64,000 nucleotides of DNA from Octopus sinensis (taxonomy: Eukaryota): NCBI RefSeq assembly GCF_006345805.1, contig NC_043006.1:34906001-34970000 (forward strand). The letters are read 5' to 3'. The notes under the pieces were generated by a model. The model ran no database searches and was not told where the DNA came from. It saw nothing but the letters and a program-made list of their open reading frames with translations. Below, piece by piece: positions 25,560 to 38,764 of this stretch. The number at the start of each line of letters is the position of its first letter. Position 1 is the stretch's first letter. Position numbers and translations under genes: made by a program.

Positions 25560-25850
25560 AAGTTGTTGTTTGTTCCCTCTCGAGCCATGCCTGGCTCATA
25601 AGGGCCGGCTTCCCGGTTTCGTTGGCGTATAGGTTCCCAACCTGAATGGGATTCTGGTCCGTCACAGGTGAGTTGTTAGATGCAGGAGGAAATAGTGAGA
25701 GAAAGTTGTGCCGAAAGGATCAGCAGAAGTGCGCCATTACCTTCTGCCGGACCCGCGTGGAGCTTAGGTGTTTCGCTCATAAACACACACGTCACCCGGT
25801 CCCTCGTGATCCCTCGACCGCTAGTCCGCTGCTTTAAACACTAGGCCATG
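25560..25850 (-). mobile_element. SINE family C copy
   Basis: Reverse complement of 20528-20830 (ctcgagccatg, gccattaccttctgccgg, ggagcttaggtgtttcgctcataaacacacac). Confidence 0.8.
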
Positions 25851-25984
25851 TGCTTCCACCGTGAAAAAAAACTTGCCTGAGAGGTGGGGGTTCTCTGAAG
25901 ACCTTCTGCTGTTCAGCTTTTCAGCGAGTTTAAAATAATAATGAAGAAATGTGTTGTATACATTGATTAGGTGCACCACAACTA

Positions 25985-26372
25985 AAAAAGAAACAAAAGC
26001 CATCAGGTGTACTGTTGGTGGATTTTAGGAGGCATGGAAGTTTTGAAGGATATACTATCTCATCAGTTAAAAAGTGATGCGGCTAGCTTATTCAATGCTT
26101 CTGCAATTCTGAGCGTGAAAAAATGTTTCCGAAAGATATGGGTGCTGTGTTGTTTTTTTACTTTATAAGCATGTCCGCGAGTGTTTGTCTTATGGAATTC
26201 AAAAAAGTGCCCAAGGTTGTTGTTGGAAAGATGGTGGATAATCTTGTGGGTGTCTACCAAGTCAGTTGGCAGACGTCTGAGCTTCAATGTATCCATGCCC
26301 AGAGAAGCAAGACGTTCAGAATATGGTAGATGCCTCACAGCGGGTATTCGTTTGGTTGCACGTTTTTGAACA
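25985..26372 (-). mobile_element. CR1-clade LINE 3' fragment
   Basis: VQKRATKRIPAVRHLPYSERLASLGMDTLKLRRL..DLVDTHKII..TRGH..K..K..FRKHFFTLRIAEALNKL, the typical CR1 RT C-terminus. Confidence 0.85.
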
Positions 26373-26374
26373 GT

Positions 26375-26490
26375 TCCAGGATGTATGCCACAGCGTGGCA
26401 TCTTGGGCAAGTGTCTTCTGCTATAGCCTCGGGCCGACCAAAGCCTTGTGAGTGGATTTGGTAGACGGAAACTGAAAGAAGCCTCTCGTA

Positions 26491-26545
<55 letters not shown>

Positions 26546-26762
26546 ATGTGTGTATATATGTTTGTGTGTCTGTGTTTGTCCCTCTAGCATTGCTTGACAA
26601 CCGGTGCTGGTGTGTTTACGTCCCCGTCACTTAGCGGTTCGGCAAAACAGACCGATAGAATAAGTACTGGGCTTACAAAGAATAAGTCCCGGGGTCGATT
26701 TGCTCGACCAAAAGCAGTGCTCCAGCATGACCGCATTCAAATGACTAAAACAAGTAAGAGAG
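26375..26762 (+). mobile_element. SINE family A, 5'-clipped
   Basis: cttgggcaagtgtcttctgctatagcctcgggccgaccaaagccttgtgagtggatttgg, internal (TA)n(TG)n, 3' half ending gactaaaacaagtaagagag. Confidence 0.85.
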
Positions 26763-26789
26763 AGAGAGATGCAGCACAAGATAGGGGTT

Positions 26790-27240
26790 TCTTACCGCTT
26801 GAACGTTTTCACCGTGACATGGGTATGTGGTGTGACCACACTTGTTGAAGCTGCTGCAAATTTCTCTACACAGTATTCTGCAGTTAATTTGATGTTTTAT
26901 CCGAGATACAAACCATGATCAGTTGTCTGGTTTTCCATGGTTTATGTACTTCCTGGTTTATATCTATTTCTTTATTAAGTTGTTTGATGCCGAATTTTAT
27001 TTCTACGTGGTTTTAGTATTTTCTGTCTGATGTTGTCTCCCGTTTTTATGAAGTTGGCTATTTCTGATGTGTAATTGGGAATTGGGCTTGTATCTTTTTA
27101 TGTTAGCTCCTCGAATATATATTTTAGACGCGTCTATAATTATTTCGTAATTTTCCGACTATAATTATTTTGCCGTTTTGGTGACTGCGGTGTTGTTGAT
27201 TTCTGAAAAACATGGTTTGTGTCTTGATAACACTTCCGCC
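26790..27240 (-). mobile_element. Possible gag/ORF1 relic with a CCHC-type knuckle
   Basis: The minus strand reads C-S-S-F-N-K-C-G-H-T-T-Y-P-C, a C-x2-C-x4-H-x4-C spacing if F (ttc) was C (tgc); the rest is broken. Confidence 0.3.
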
Positions 27241-27324
27241 ATTTTTGTTTTGTTTCTTATGCCTTTTTTGTTTTGTTTTTTTACATTGTTTCTTCTTTTC
27301 ACTTTCTCTATAAATGTGCGACTA

Positions 27325-27530
27325 AAGGCGACGAGCTGGCAGAACTGAGCGGGCGAAATGCTTAGCGGTTTTCGTCTGTCGTTCCGTTCTGTGTTCAAAT
27401 TCCGCCGAGGTCGACTTTGCCTTTCATCCTTTCGGGGTCAATAATTAAGAGCCAGTTACGCACTGTAATCGACTTAATCTTCTTGTTTGTCCCTTCTATG
27501 TTTAGCCCTTTGTGGGCAATAAATAAATAA
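27325..27530 (+). mobile_element. SINE family B monomer (first half of the dimer)
   Basis: ggcgacgagctggcagaa head; tail tatgtttagccctttgtgggcaataaataaa. Confidence 0.8.
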
Positions 27531-27955
27531 AATAAATGTGTGATTATGTTTTGTCAGGTTGTAAGTTGTAGAACAGCATAAGAAATAGGGAAGGTTGCGA
27601 GGTATGGGAGCATAAGGGGATACATAGGAAAGAGTAGTTATAGATGGCTTGACAACGTGAAATGGGGTGGATTGTTTAGGATTTAAAGAAGGCATCGTTA
27701 CTTCTTTTGCCCTTTATAGACGAGAAACCTAAGATAATCCCATACATGTATATGTAACTGTGACGATAGATAGAAAGATGGATAGATAGATAGATAAACT
27801 ACATGTACTTAGTCTCTTATCGTTCACGTGTTTCAGTCATTAGATTGCGGCCGTGCCGGGACACCGCACCTATAGAGTTCACACCTGTTGACAGAGTCTC
27901 TATTTGGATTAGTCTCGTCACATGTTTGGGTATGGCTTGGAACGGTATAGCGGTT

Positions 27956-28012
<57 letters not shown>

Positions 28013-28838
28013 TGGTGGTGGTGTGGTGGTGGTGGTGGTGGTGGTGGTGGTGGTGGCGGCGGTAGTGGTGGTGGTGGTGGTGGTTGCTACTATGAAAATT
28101 TAAAGCAGAATTTCTGTGCTGTCACCAGCTATGCTATAACTGAAAGCGAGTTGTCAATGCAGAACTAAAAGAGTCCGCGGAAGCTAAGCCTACCTCGGAG
28201 CACAGGACACCCAGCCGAGTTGTTAAGTGAAGCAAGCAAAACAACAACAAGATGCAGTGCAATGAAGCCGTCATTGGTGACAGGAATCATCCGTTGAAGA
28301 CTGAACTAATGATGCATATAAGCAGTCAGTATAGCCAAAGGGTCACATTTCAGTCAGAGCCAAACTCTAAGCAGACATAAAGTGCAACAACATTAATTTC
28401 AGCGACGCGATCTGAGGTTTTACCACACAGCCATGCGTATGCTGGCGGAGTAAATTAGTTATAAATATTCTTAAAATTGATTCTGTTCATTTTCGTGGCA
28501 TTATTGATACTGTCAGTAATTGTATTAGGCTAACTTTAAATGTTTGTATTTAAACTTACACCATTTTAAAGAGAGAAATAGATTGCATGGAATTAAATAC
28601 ACGGAAATAATTAACGTTTAATCATGAGTATACTCGTGTGTTTAAATTAACGGCACTCTGTATACATATTTCATATCCCAGTGTGTGTGTATGTGCGAAT
28701 GTGTGTGCGTGTGTGTGTGAATGTGTTTATGTGTATGAATGTAAATGCATGATATATATACATACATACATGTCTATGACTGTTGTATGTGTATACCTAT
28801 CTATATATCTATTTATTTATCTATCTATCTATCTATCT

Positions 28839-28883
<45 letters not shown>

Positions 28884-29071
28884 CTCTTTCTCTCCATATA
28901 TATACATGTGTGTGTGGTGTGTGTTGTGTGTGGATTTCCACCTCGGCATCCGAAACTCAGAGTTTTATCTTGGCTACCGAATAATTGTTTACATATACAT
29001 TTATAGATAAATTCCTCTATTTACATAATATCGAGGTCTCTTTTTTTTTTTTGTTATCCTACCATTTTACC

Positions 29072-29120
<49 letters not shown>

Positions 29121-29133
29121 ATATATATATATT

Positions 29134-29190
<57 letters not shown>

Positions 29191-29263
29191 TCATATACAT
29201 ACACATCATACAAATACCACACCACAATAAACACACACACATATGTATATATAGAAATACATG

Positions 29264-29312
<49 letters not shown>

Positions 29313-30599
29313 TCGACTGGCTTCTTTCAGTCTCCGTCTACCAGATTAACTGACGAGACTTTTATTGGCCGAAGCTATAAAAAAAGATACATAGCCGAGG
29401 TAACACACAGCGGTACCGACCCAAGAACTGTATACATGAGATGGAAGATTTGCGTCATAGAACCACCCCTACGTCTCTATGTGTGTGTCTGAAAGAGAGA
29501 GAGAGAGAGAGGGAGAGAGAGAGTATATGTGTATAAAACAAGGGGAGAGAATATATATGGCACATCCCAGCATGGCCACAGGAATTTGCTTGGAACTCAT
29601 AAAGAAATAAAGAAATATGTGTTTGTGTGCTTGTGTGCATGTGTATATCTGTAAATGCATGCGTGTATGTTTGTGTATATGTATATGTGTATATATTTAT
29701 GTATATTTACGTTCATCTGTGTATATGTATATGTAATTTTTTTTATGAGGCTGTTTGTATGAGAATGCATAGACGCCATAAGTAAGTAGCAAGTCAACAT
29801 TCTTTGAACCGCATTTCGCAACATTTAACCAAAGTTCTTACTTTCACTCTCCTTTCCACCTCCATTCCACCACTCCTTTCTCACACACACACGCTCTCTT
29901 TCTCTTCTCTCTCTCTCACTGTTTTCCACTCTTGCATCTTTCTATTATCTTTCCATCCAATTCTATGTGAGCACATGTACCGTGTGTATACGATTTGGTT
30001 TCTAAGTATGTTTCTGCTTAAATGTGCGTAATTATATTTCTGGGTCTGTATATGCAACATCAGACAGCAGCACTTGTGGTTCGGTCTTGGATGATTCGCT
30101 GACAACTGGGTTTTACAGTTTGCAGTTTACCAACCATAACCTATACCTGTGCCTCCTGGCACGAAGTGATTATTGATTTCTTCCTTCTATGTTCTTTTCC
30201 TAATATCTCCTCAATATAATGACTATTTCATTAGGCGGCTGCCTGTTATAATTCTTGCTACACAGACAGAAATTTAATGGCTGGGTGGCTGACATACGGG
30301 TGGGGTTACTGGGTGGAAGTAGTGATGAATGGTAGCGTGTAGGCGTTTTTTTTAATGCAGTCCATCTTATTAATTTTAGGCTGTAGGGTGACCTGCCTTA
30401 ACATAGCTCAACTTAGTTTCACTTTCACTATCGCTGCCGAATGGCTCGGGTTTTCTCATATGCTTGTGACTATCTATCTATCTGTCTGTCTATCTATCTA
30501 TTTCTAGCTAGCTAGCAAGCTAGCTACTAACTAATTACCCACATCTATCTATATTTCTCTCTCCCTCTCATTTTATATACCCATCTATCTATCTATCTA

Positions 30600-30733
<134 letters not shown>

Positions 30734-31164
30734 TCTACCAATGTCTGTCTATTTTTGTCTACTCTCTCCATCTATCTATCTTTCATTCTTTCGATCTGCC
30801 TGTCTCCATTTATCTGTCTTACTATTTGCATATCGTTTTATCATGCAGTCTGTATGTCTATCTGGCTCCCCGGATGGCGTTTTCCGTCTTCTTATGTGCG
30901 TTTCTCTAACGCTCTACCTGTCAACCACGATGGCTGCTTCTATGTATGTATAGGGATATTAGGGTAACTGGTTGTCTACCTATAAGTATTTCTAGGCTTA
31001 TATTTTATCATCTGTCTATCTATTTTTCAATCTATCTATCTGTCTATCAACTGAAATGCGTATATATGTATATATATATATTTACTTCATTCTTGTATCT
31101 GGTTTGCGCAACACACACACATATATGTATGTATGCATATATATGTGGTATATATATAATATAC

Positions 31165-31234
<70 letters not shown>

Positions 31235-32007
31235 GGTCCCGGGTTGATTCGGGGTTAACCACAGTAAATAAGGTACTCAATACATACAGGACTAGAACTG
31301 TATAAATGAATAAATGAATAAATGAAGATAATAAAATTAAAATTAGGGAATGGGTCTGTATTTGTATGTATATGTGTGTATGTGTAGGTATGTATAGGTA
31401 CACATATGTATATATATATATGTATATATATGTATATGTGTGTATGTGTATATATGTGTATATAGGGACTTGTGTGTTGTGTGTGCATGTGTGTATGTGG
31501 ATATGTGTGTGTATGCGTGTATGTGTATGTGTGTGTATGTATATATATTTTTTGTGTGTATATGTATGCGTGGTCGTGTGTGTATATATACATGTGTGTG
31601 TGTATATGTGTATGCATGTATATGTGTGTATATATATATATATGTATATATATATATGGATATATATATATATATATATGTGTAGATATATGTATGTATA
31701 TGTATGTGTATATATATATATATGTGTGTGTGTGTATGTATGTGTGTATGTATATGTGTGTGTGTGTATATATATGTATACATATGTGTATAGGTATAAG
31801 TGAGAATCTCCTTATTTACCTAAAACTCTATTCTTTTTTTATATATTTTTTATTCTTTTATTTATTCTTTTATCTAAGTTACCACTGACTCCTTGACCAC
31901 TCCTCCAAGTATGATATTTTGCGCTATGCCTACCCCCAAAAAGTCCCCCACCACCACCCCTTTAAACCTTCCTAAATGTATAAATGCCAATACAATTCTT
32001 GTTAACT

Positions 32008-32058
32008 AGCTTCCTGAAGATTTCTCTTGAATGAAACAGTTCTAGTCCTGTAGAAGCT
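32008..32058 (+). ncRNA. Type I hammerhead ribozyme motif
   Basis: Stem I agcttc (32008-13)/gaagct (32053-58); CUGAAGA 32014-20; short stem II ttc-tctt-gaa; GAAA 32033-36; stem III cag/ctg with an 8-nt loop; GUA cleavage triplet 32050-52. Confidence 0.75.
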
Positions 32059-32120
32059 CCTTCTATATAATAAATAAAAAAAATATATATATATATATAT
32101 TATATTATATATATATATAT

Positions 32121-32154
<34 letters not shown>

Positions 32155-32157
32155 CAA

Positions 32158-32394
32158 ATATTGTTGTGTCTGGGGAGAGTCATTTTCATTTAGTGCCTTA
32201 TTGTTTAAACAGTCACCGGTAAAGTTTCCACTCATTTACATATTTATTTTTCCTAAAATTCTCGTTGCATCTTGCAACCTTTCCAATAGTCTACGAAAAA
32301 TAAATATGTAAACGAAAGTAAACTTTACCGGTGTGTGTGTGTTAAATAATAAGGCACTAAAAGAGAATGACTCTCGCCAGATACAACAAAATAT
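32158..32394. repeat. Inverted repeat / foldback element with ~95-bp arms
   Basis: ttgttgtgtctggggagagtcatttt..tagtgccttatt..caccggtaaagttt..tttacatatttatttttc versus gaaaaataaatatgtaaa..aaactttaccggtg..aataaggcacta..aatgactctcgccagatacaacaa. Confidence 0.8.
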
Positions 32395-32455
32395 GCTTCA
32401 AGACACGAACTCACATAAAGAATCTTGCAAACCGAATCCAAAAACGAAGAGTATG

Positions 32456-32499
<44 letters not shown>

Positions 32500-32502
<3 letters not shown>

Positions 32503-33170
32503 CTAGCTGCTTTTACCTGTGTCTATAGCCAGCTGTATTTATATCTTCAGTATATTTGTCTGACTGAATATTCATCTAAATGTATATCTGCGTAAATTTT
32601 TGCTATCAATCTTTGTAAGGCTTGTTGCTGTTTAACTCCAGCTCAATTGTGATCTGGTAGACAACGATGGGATCAATATCAGCCTAAATGTCCAATTTTT
32701 TAATGTGTATATCAACGTTGTCCGACATATATTTGCTGTCTTTCGCAGGATTAACATGAGTATAAAAGCTACATGGTTACTTGTTCACTTTTCTGTTTGT
32801 CTGCCAGACTGTATCTGGTCAACTAGACAAACATGTGTCTATGAAACACCGTACGCGATACATTCTTGTTTTAATGCCGTCTTACTCTACTTTTAGAAGA
32901 TATGTAGCCCAATTACCAAATCACAAATAAGATCAGCTTCATAAGACAAGCGGCAATAATCTCAATAATAAAGAATCCTCAAAAATTGGCATGCCATTAA
33001 GGAGGACATGTTTATTGTCTGAAGACAAAAGTATAGTCTTGGATATGTGTTTCTGTCTGAATATCCATTATCAGCATGATATTTGTTCCACTAACTGCTT
33101 CAGTTATTATCGATATGTTCGCTTCCTCCTTGGCTAAGTACTCATCTAATAGCTGAGTCTCTGTATAACT
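32500..33170 (-). mobile_element. Degenerate APE endonuclease domain of a LINE
   Basis: The minus strand gives QLLDEYLAKEEANISIITEAV..ETHIQDYTFVFR and a downstream PDHN (SDH-like) motif; many stops. Confidence 0.45.
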
Positions 33171-33347
33171 GGTTGGTTATCTATATTACCGGCTACCTAT
33201 ATATCTATGTGCCTGACACTTTGCCATCCTTTCTAGTCTTTGTCTGTCCTTATCAATACATCAGTTTTTTATCCGACCATCTATATAGTTATCCATGCAG
33301 AAAGTATGCGCACCTATCCGCCTATGTATTTATCTGTGTCTCTTTGC

Positions 33348-33458
<111 letters not shown>

Positions 33459-33742
33459 AATGTGTATCTATCTATATCTCTATCTATCTACCTAGATGTG
33501 TAGATTTTCGCCATGACAGATCGCTAGCCACTATACCTTCTATTTTCTGTCTTTGTTTATTTCTGTGTTCCTTTCTGTTGAAGAGCGTAGGCTCAAAACG
33601 TAAAGGACTTTCTCACTTCCCGAGCGTTAAACTAATACATCTGTTTGTTATTTACACACCAGTCTTCGTCTTTCGTTGTTTTTTTGTGTAAATTCTCACT
33701 ATCTAGATATATATAGAGAGAGATAGAAAGAGAGAGAAGATG

Positions 33743-33820
<78 letters not shown>

Positions 33821-33937
33821 AGCACAGACAGAAAGGCAGGCAGAAAGTCGTTCATTAATACACGCAGGAAGGCAGACAGACAAACAGACAGCCAGACAGA
33901 TAGACAGGCAAAGAGACAGACAGACACACAGACAGAC

Positions 33938-33998
<61 letters not shown>

Positions 33999-35213
33999 TA
34001 GATAGATAGATAGATAGATAGATAGCTAGATAGATAGATAGATAGATAGTATTTCATACTGAATAAGTTTTCAATAATTCAAATTTGGGGTTTTTCTCTT
34101 CTGTCGTTATTTGACTGAAATTAATTAGGAATTTCTTCTCAAAATTACCAGTGTAATTTCGGGTCACTTATAATTTTAGGGACTTTCTGCTTAAGTATGT
34201 TAGAATCCATTTTCTCATTGGATATCGATAACTACATTGCATTTTGCACGGAAAGAGCAATTGTGAAATACAATTACAAGACCAAAACGTAAAAGGGAGC
34301 GATGCCGTGTTATTTCATCTGCTAGTGTTCCTGTTATTCTCAGTGCTTCATTACCATAAAACCGAATTCGCTTAATGAAACCTTTCAAAGGTGGTGTTTT
34401 AATTCTACCATTCACAGAACAATTCCAAGTATAATAAAGTTTACGCCCCATTAGCCAAGATAATTGATGTCTTTGTTTCAAACCGTTTCTACTGTCGTCT
34501 GCTAAGTCAAACCGAAAATAATAAATGTTGACAACTATAGAAAGTCGAGTTCTCGGGCGTGTATGATACGATTCAATGTTTCAGATTATGAGCAAACATT
34601 GCTTTTGTATTTAGAGTTTGTTTTTCACAAATAATAAGTAATAGAGAGTTAATTTCACGAACTGAGGCGTAGTTAGCTGAGAGCGTTTTACGTTTCAAAG
34701 GAGTAATTTAATTGAACGTTCTTTGAGAAGCTCAAATACACTACAGACCATTCTTTTGAATTACAAAAGTCAAGATTTAATGAAGCTGCTGACCTTGTAA
34801 CAGAGAGAGGTAAAACATTGAAAGAAGATTGGCTACAGCTAAGTGATCTGGGCTACCATTACGCACACGAAAGAGAAGGTCGGAGTTGCATAACACACTG
34901 ACTCTTTATCTGCGCGGCTTTGAACTTATAGAGATGTGTATTGGTCTATTAGCAATTTGGCTTTCTGCATATTTATGTGCTTAACTATGTATCAATGTGT
35001 ATTTTCTCTCTCTCTTTCTCTCTCCCTCACTTTCTCTTCATATTTAGATACTTTTCTCGCTGGATTGTGTGTTCGTCTCTCTTTTTACCATCTGTGATTT
35101 TATTTTTTTATCTTCTATATAAATAAAGATATTTCCTCCATCTCACTGAATTTCTTTCTACAAAACGGAAAGTTACATTGCGGAACAGTCATTTTAACGA
35201 GTTGTATATATTT

Positions 35214-35319
35214 ATAACCTGACGAGATACATCTGCACCACCGGATGCGCCTGAACCAGTTGTTGAGTGTCCCATCCAAGAGGAATCGATGCTAGATATG
35301 TCGAAACAATTGTCGCGAT
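35214..35319 (+). ncRNA. Type I hammerhead ribozyme motif, long loop II, decayed stem I
   Basis: CUGACGA 35219-25; stem II gatacatct/agatatgtc; GAAA 35303-06; palindromic ACAAUUGU stem III; GUC 35312-14; stem I ataac/gcgat pairs poorly. Confidence 0.6.
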
Positions 35320-35844
35320 TAATAATAAATTCTCATATATTCCATCTTCTGTCTTTCATTTGCTATACATATTTATATACATATGTGTGTACATAAATAC
35401 ATATACACACACATACAATACATACATACATGTGTGTGTGTGTGTGTATGTGTGTGTGTGTGTGTACATGCATATGTGAGTGTATATATAAAACTAGAAA
35501 TTCAAGAGGAATGCAGGGTGAATATCTATCTAAACATGCGACAGCCATGGGATTATAACGGTTTAGAAACTTTCTTCGTTTACTATAAAGTCAGTATAGA
35601 AGAAATTATGTTTACATGCATTCATCGATCGGATTTTCTGGATTGTCAGTTCCATGAACGCTCTACATAACAATTCTTTGTAATTGATTATTATGTGGAG
35701 AGTTAACCGAATCCGTGAGAGGAGCTTTCTGTGATAGTCACACGATTCTCTGTTTCCAGATTTTCTACTACTCATTTATATGTATATATATATATATATA
35801 TATGTGTGTATGTGTGTGTGTGTGTGTGTGTGTGTATTTATCCC

Positions 35845-36260
35845 TCTGCTTCTACTTCTCTCCTCTCCTTCCATGTGACCGGTGTTCCGCCAAGACTTTC
35901 TCTCCCGGTTCGACTACCATCCGTGCAACATCTTTATTCCTTCCCATGCCTGCCATCTCCTATGTCCCTGCCGTAAGGCTTCACTTCCACACACGCCAGC
36001 TTAATTTAATTCGTCTTTAGTCGAAAGACACCTGTTGTTTACATTTGTATTTGTGTACCATTTCTCCGTTTTTTACCGTCCTTGTTTTCGTATATATTCG
36101 CTGCTTCCTTGGGGCTGGTTAGATTATAGCAGTCTGGATTATAACCAGCCGAAACTACATTGATAATCTGGAACTCGACTGAGGAAAAAAACTCCGAATG
36201 ATCCGTCCTTGTTTTTTGTCCCTTTTCGTATCATGTAATTGTCTGGATGTTTTGCTGTCG
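35845..36260 (+). mobile_element. Third, diverged member of the non-coding element family with the HHR-like motif
   Basis: Shares catgtgacc, gccagc..gtctttagtcgaaagac, and ggctggtta..gcag-UC-tgga..taaccagcc-GAAA-ctac..tcga-CUGAGGA..cgaatg with the 13.5 kb and 50 kb elements. Confidence 0.65.
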
Positions 36261-36279
36261 CCTGTTGCGTTCTTTTCCT

Positions 36280-36495
36280 AATGGCGGCGAGTTTGCAGAA
36301 TCGTTAGCACGTCTGACAAAATGCGCACCAGTGTTTTTCCAGCTATTTACGTTCTGAGTTCAAATTCTGCCGAGGTCGACTTTGCCTTTCATCCTTTCGG
36401 GATCGATAAAATAAATACCAGTCGAGTAATATGGTTAATATAATTGTCTAACATCGTCCACCAAATTTCAGGCAGTGTACCTAAAATAGAAAAGA
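36280..36495 (+). mobile_element. SINE family B-related monomer
   Basis: ggcggcgagtttgcagaatcgttagcac..gaggtcgactttgcctttcatcctttcggg. Confidence 0.75.
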
Positions 36496-37139
36496 AAATA
36501 AGATCTAGATCTCGGTTCTGCAAAGACATGAAATAACAATGCACCTTACCCCGCCGTTCGGTTCACACCTTGTGTGCTCCATCAGACATGACTCGAGGTA
36601 AAGGTTCGCACTACGTTTCGTTTCGTGATAATGGCAGCATGTAATTTCCTCAAAAATAGAGATAAAAGGACTGGACTTTTGTCGATGGCCAGAGGCGTTG
36701 TATGATTAACTTCCTCCTTGGCACTGGTCTTCTCTCTAATAGTGTTGGTCAAAGTTAGTCATCAATGACAGCAGCGGCTAATAAATACTGTAACATCCTC
36801 AAATTACTTGATGCTATGATAATTATTCCGCAGGGGAATAAGAAGAACAAAAACCAAAAAAGAGACATTTATGTGTGAATGATATTTCGCGAGTGATGAT
36901 TTCGCTTCTTTTCTCTTTCTGTTCATTACATAGATACACGCATACACATATACATATGTAGTACCTATAAATCTATACATATATGTATATGTGAATAATG
37001 TGCAAGTACATAAATACATACATACACACATTTACACACACACACACACGCACACACGCACACACACATATATATATATATACAATATATGTATATACGT
37101 GCATTTTTGTATATGTCAGTGTATTATATATGTATATAT

Positions 37140-37192
<53 letters not shown>

Positions 37193-38404
37193 TACATATC
37201 CAAGTGCGTGTATACCTACATATATACACATACACATGCACACACATACATACGTGCATGCACACATACATATTTTGCGGGTGAATTCATTTGCGTTCTC
37301 TATAATTAGTAATGAAGCAATCAACAGACAGTTCATTTTTGCCTCTGTTGACAATTAATGAATAACGTTTAGTCGACATCACAGAATTTAATTTGCTTTC
37401 CTTTTTTTACTATTTTCACTTGCAAAATGGCGAAAAATAGAAACGATGCTTCATTATAATATTTTATTATATTTTGTTATTTTCTATTTGTTATATTTCG
37501 TTTGCAATTTAATTGATATGTTCACAAGTCTGTTCAATGTAATGTCCAAATTGAAAAGGAAGATGGAAAAAAATAGAAGATGTAGAAGGATGAAGACATA
37601 ATTACACTAACATTTTACCTCTTCAGATTTAACTTCCATCTTTGAGGATTGCTGAAACGAAGTGAGAGTTCAAATTCTGATAGAATACGGATATTTCTTT
37701 TCCTAATCATTATTCAGACTTTGAAGTGCTTGCTGCTCTCTGTATCTCTGCTAAGGTCAGTTTTGATGATGAAGCTGTCGGCCGAACAATGAGGCGTCAC
37801 TATTGGTTTTATCTTTTCTCTTTACCTATTAATTTAGCTGGCGACCATGCTTGGATGCCGCCTCCTTCAAGAATTTTAGTCCAACTAGTCGTCTCCAGTA
37901 CATATAATTTTTTTAAAGCGTGTACTTATTCCATAATTATAGATATAAGAAGTTGTTGCGTAATAAGATAAAAAAAACCAAGGCTGTATAGATATTGGTG
38001 CATATATAGATAGAAAGTCTTACCGCTGTTTCTAGGATATTAATTAATATTATCACTTCATAGACGAGGAGTAAGAAGAAAGTCTTTTGTGAAGGAATAG
38101 GTGTACCCTTAAGAGAGATGCCAAGGAATTGTTGATCCATTACTGAAGCTTTACCTGGGATAAGTGCTCTTATTAGCGAGAAGTTGAGGTTATAAGAGAT
38201 AATGGTGTCATTGAGACCCAAAGGTGCCAGGTAATGCAAAATAAGTGCTATAGACAGACCATAGTTAAGTTCCAGATCCAGTAATATTAGGAATAAAGGG
38301 TTCAACGTTGGTTCTATGTCAGCGTGTGTATATAAGAATGTTTTGCGTAATAAGATGAAAAACCAACGAATCTGGAAATTAACTATGGTCTGACACCATT
38401 ATCT

Positions 38405-38457
<53 letters not shown>

Positions 38458-38676
38458 AATTACTCGGATTTTCAGAAATTTTGCATGTCTGTATCCGAAA
38501 ATTTCTTCATACAACTTGATCAAATATCCAATATGAACTATATGTAGACATGCATAAATTCTATAGGTTTAAAACCTTTCATCAGATCTCCATGAATCGA
38601 ACTTTCTTCAATGCAGTTAATCCTACAACCTCTTTTATATCTACCCCTTTTGATGTTTGGGAATTCTCTGATATTT

Positions 38677-38764
38677 TTTCGGCTGACGAGTACGAGCCAT
38701 CTGTATTCACTGCATTTTTTGTAGCTTATTAAAGATGTCCTCGTACGAAACGATCGTACCGAGA
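38677..38764 (+). ncRNA. Type I hammerhead ribozyme motif (best-preserved canonical copy)
   Basis: Stem I tttcgg/ccgaga; CUGACGA 38683-89; stem II gtacgag/ctcgtac (7 bp, G10.1-C11.1); GAAA 38747-50; palindromic ACGAUCGU; GUA cleavage after 38758. Confidence 0.85.

Noticed and set aside
26040-26075. Minus-strand ctgatga-gata-gta-tatc
   Set aside because: No GAAA follows and it lies within the CR1 coding tail; treated as chance.
34728-34915. ~62-codon Met-less open frame (TFFEKLKYTTDH..)
   Set aside because: No recognisable motif and no splice signals; cannot be supported as an exon.
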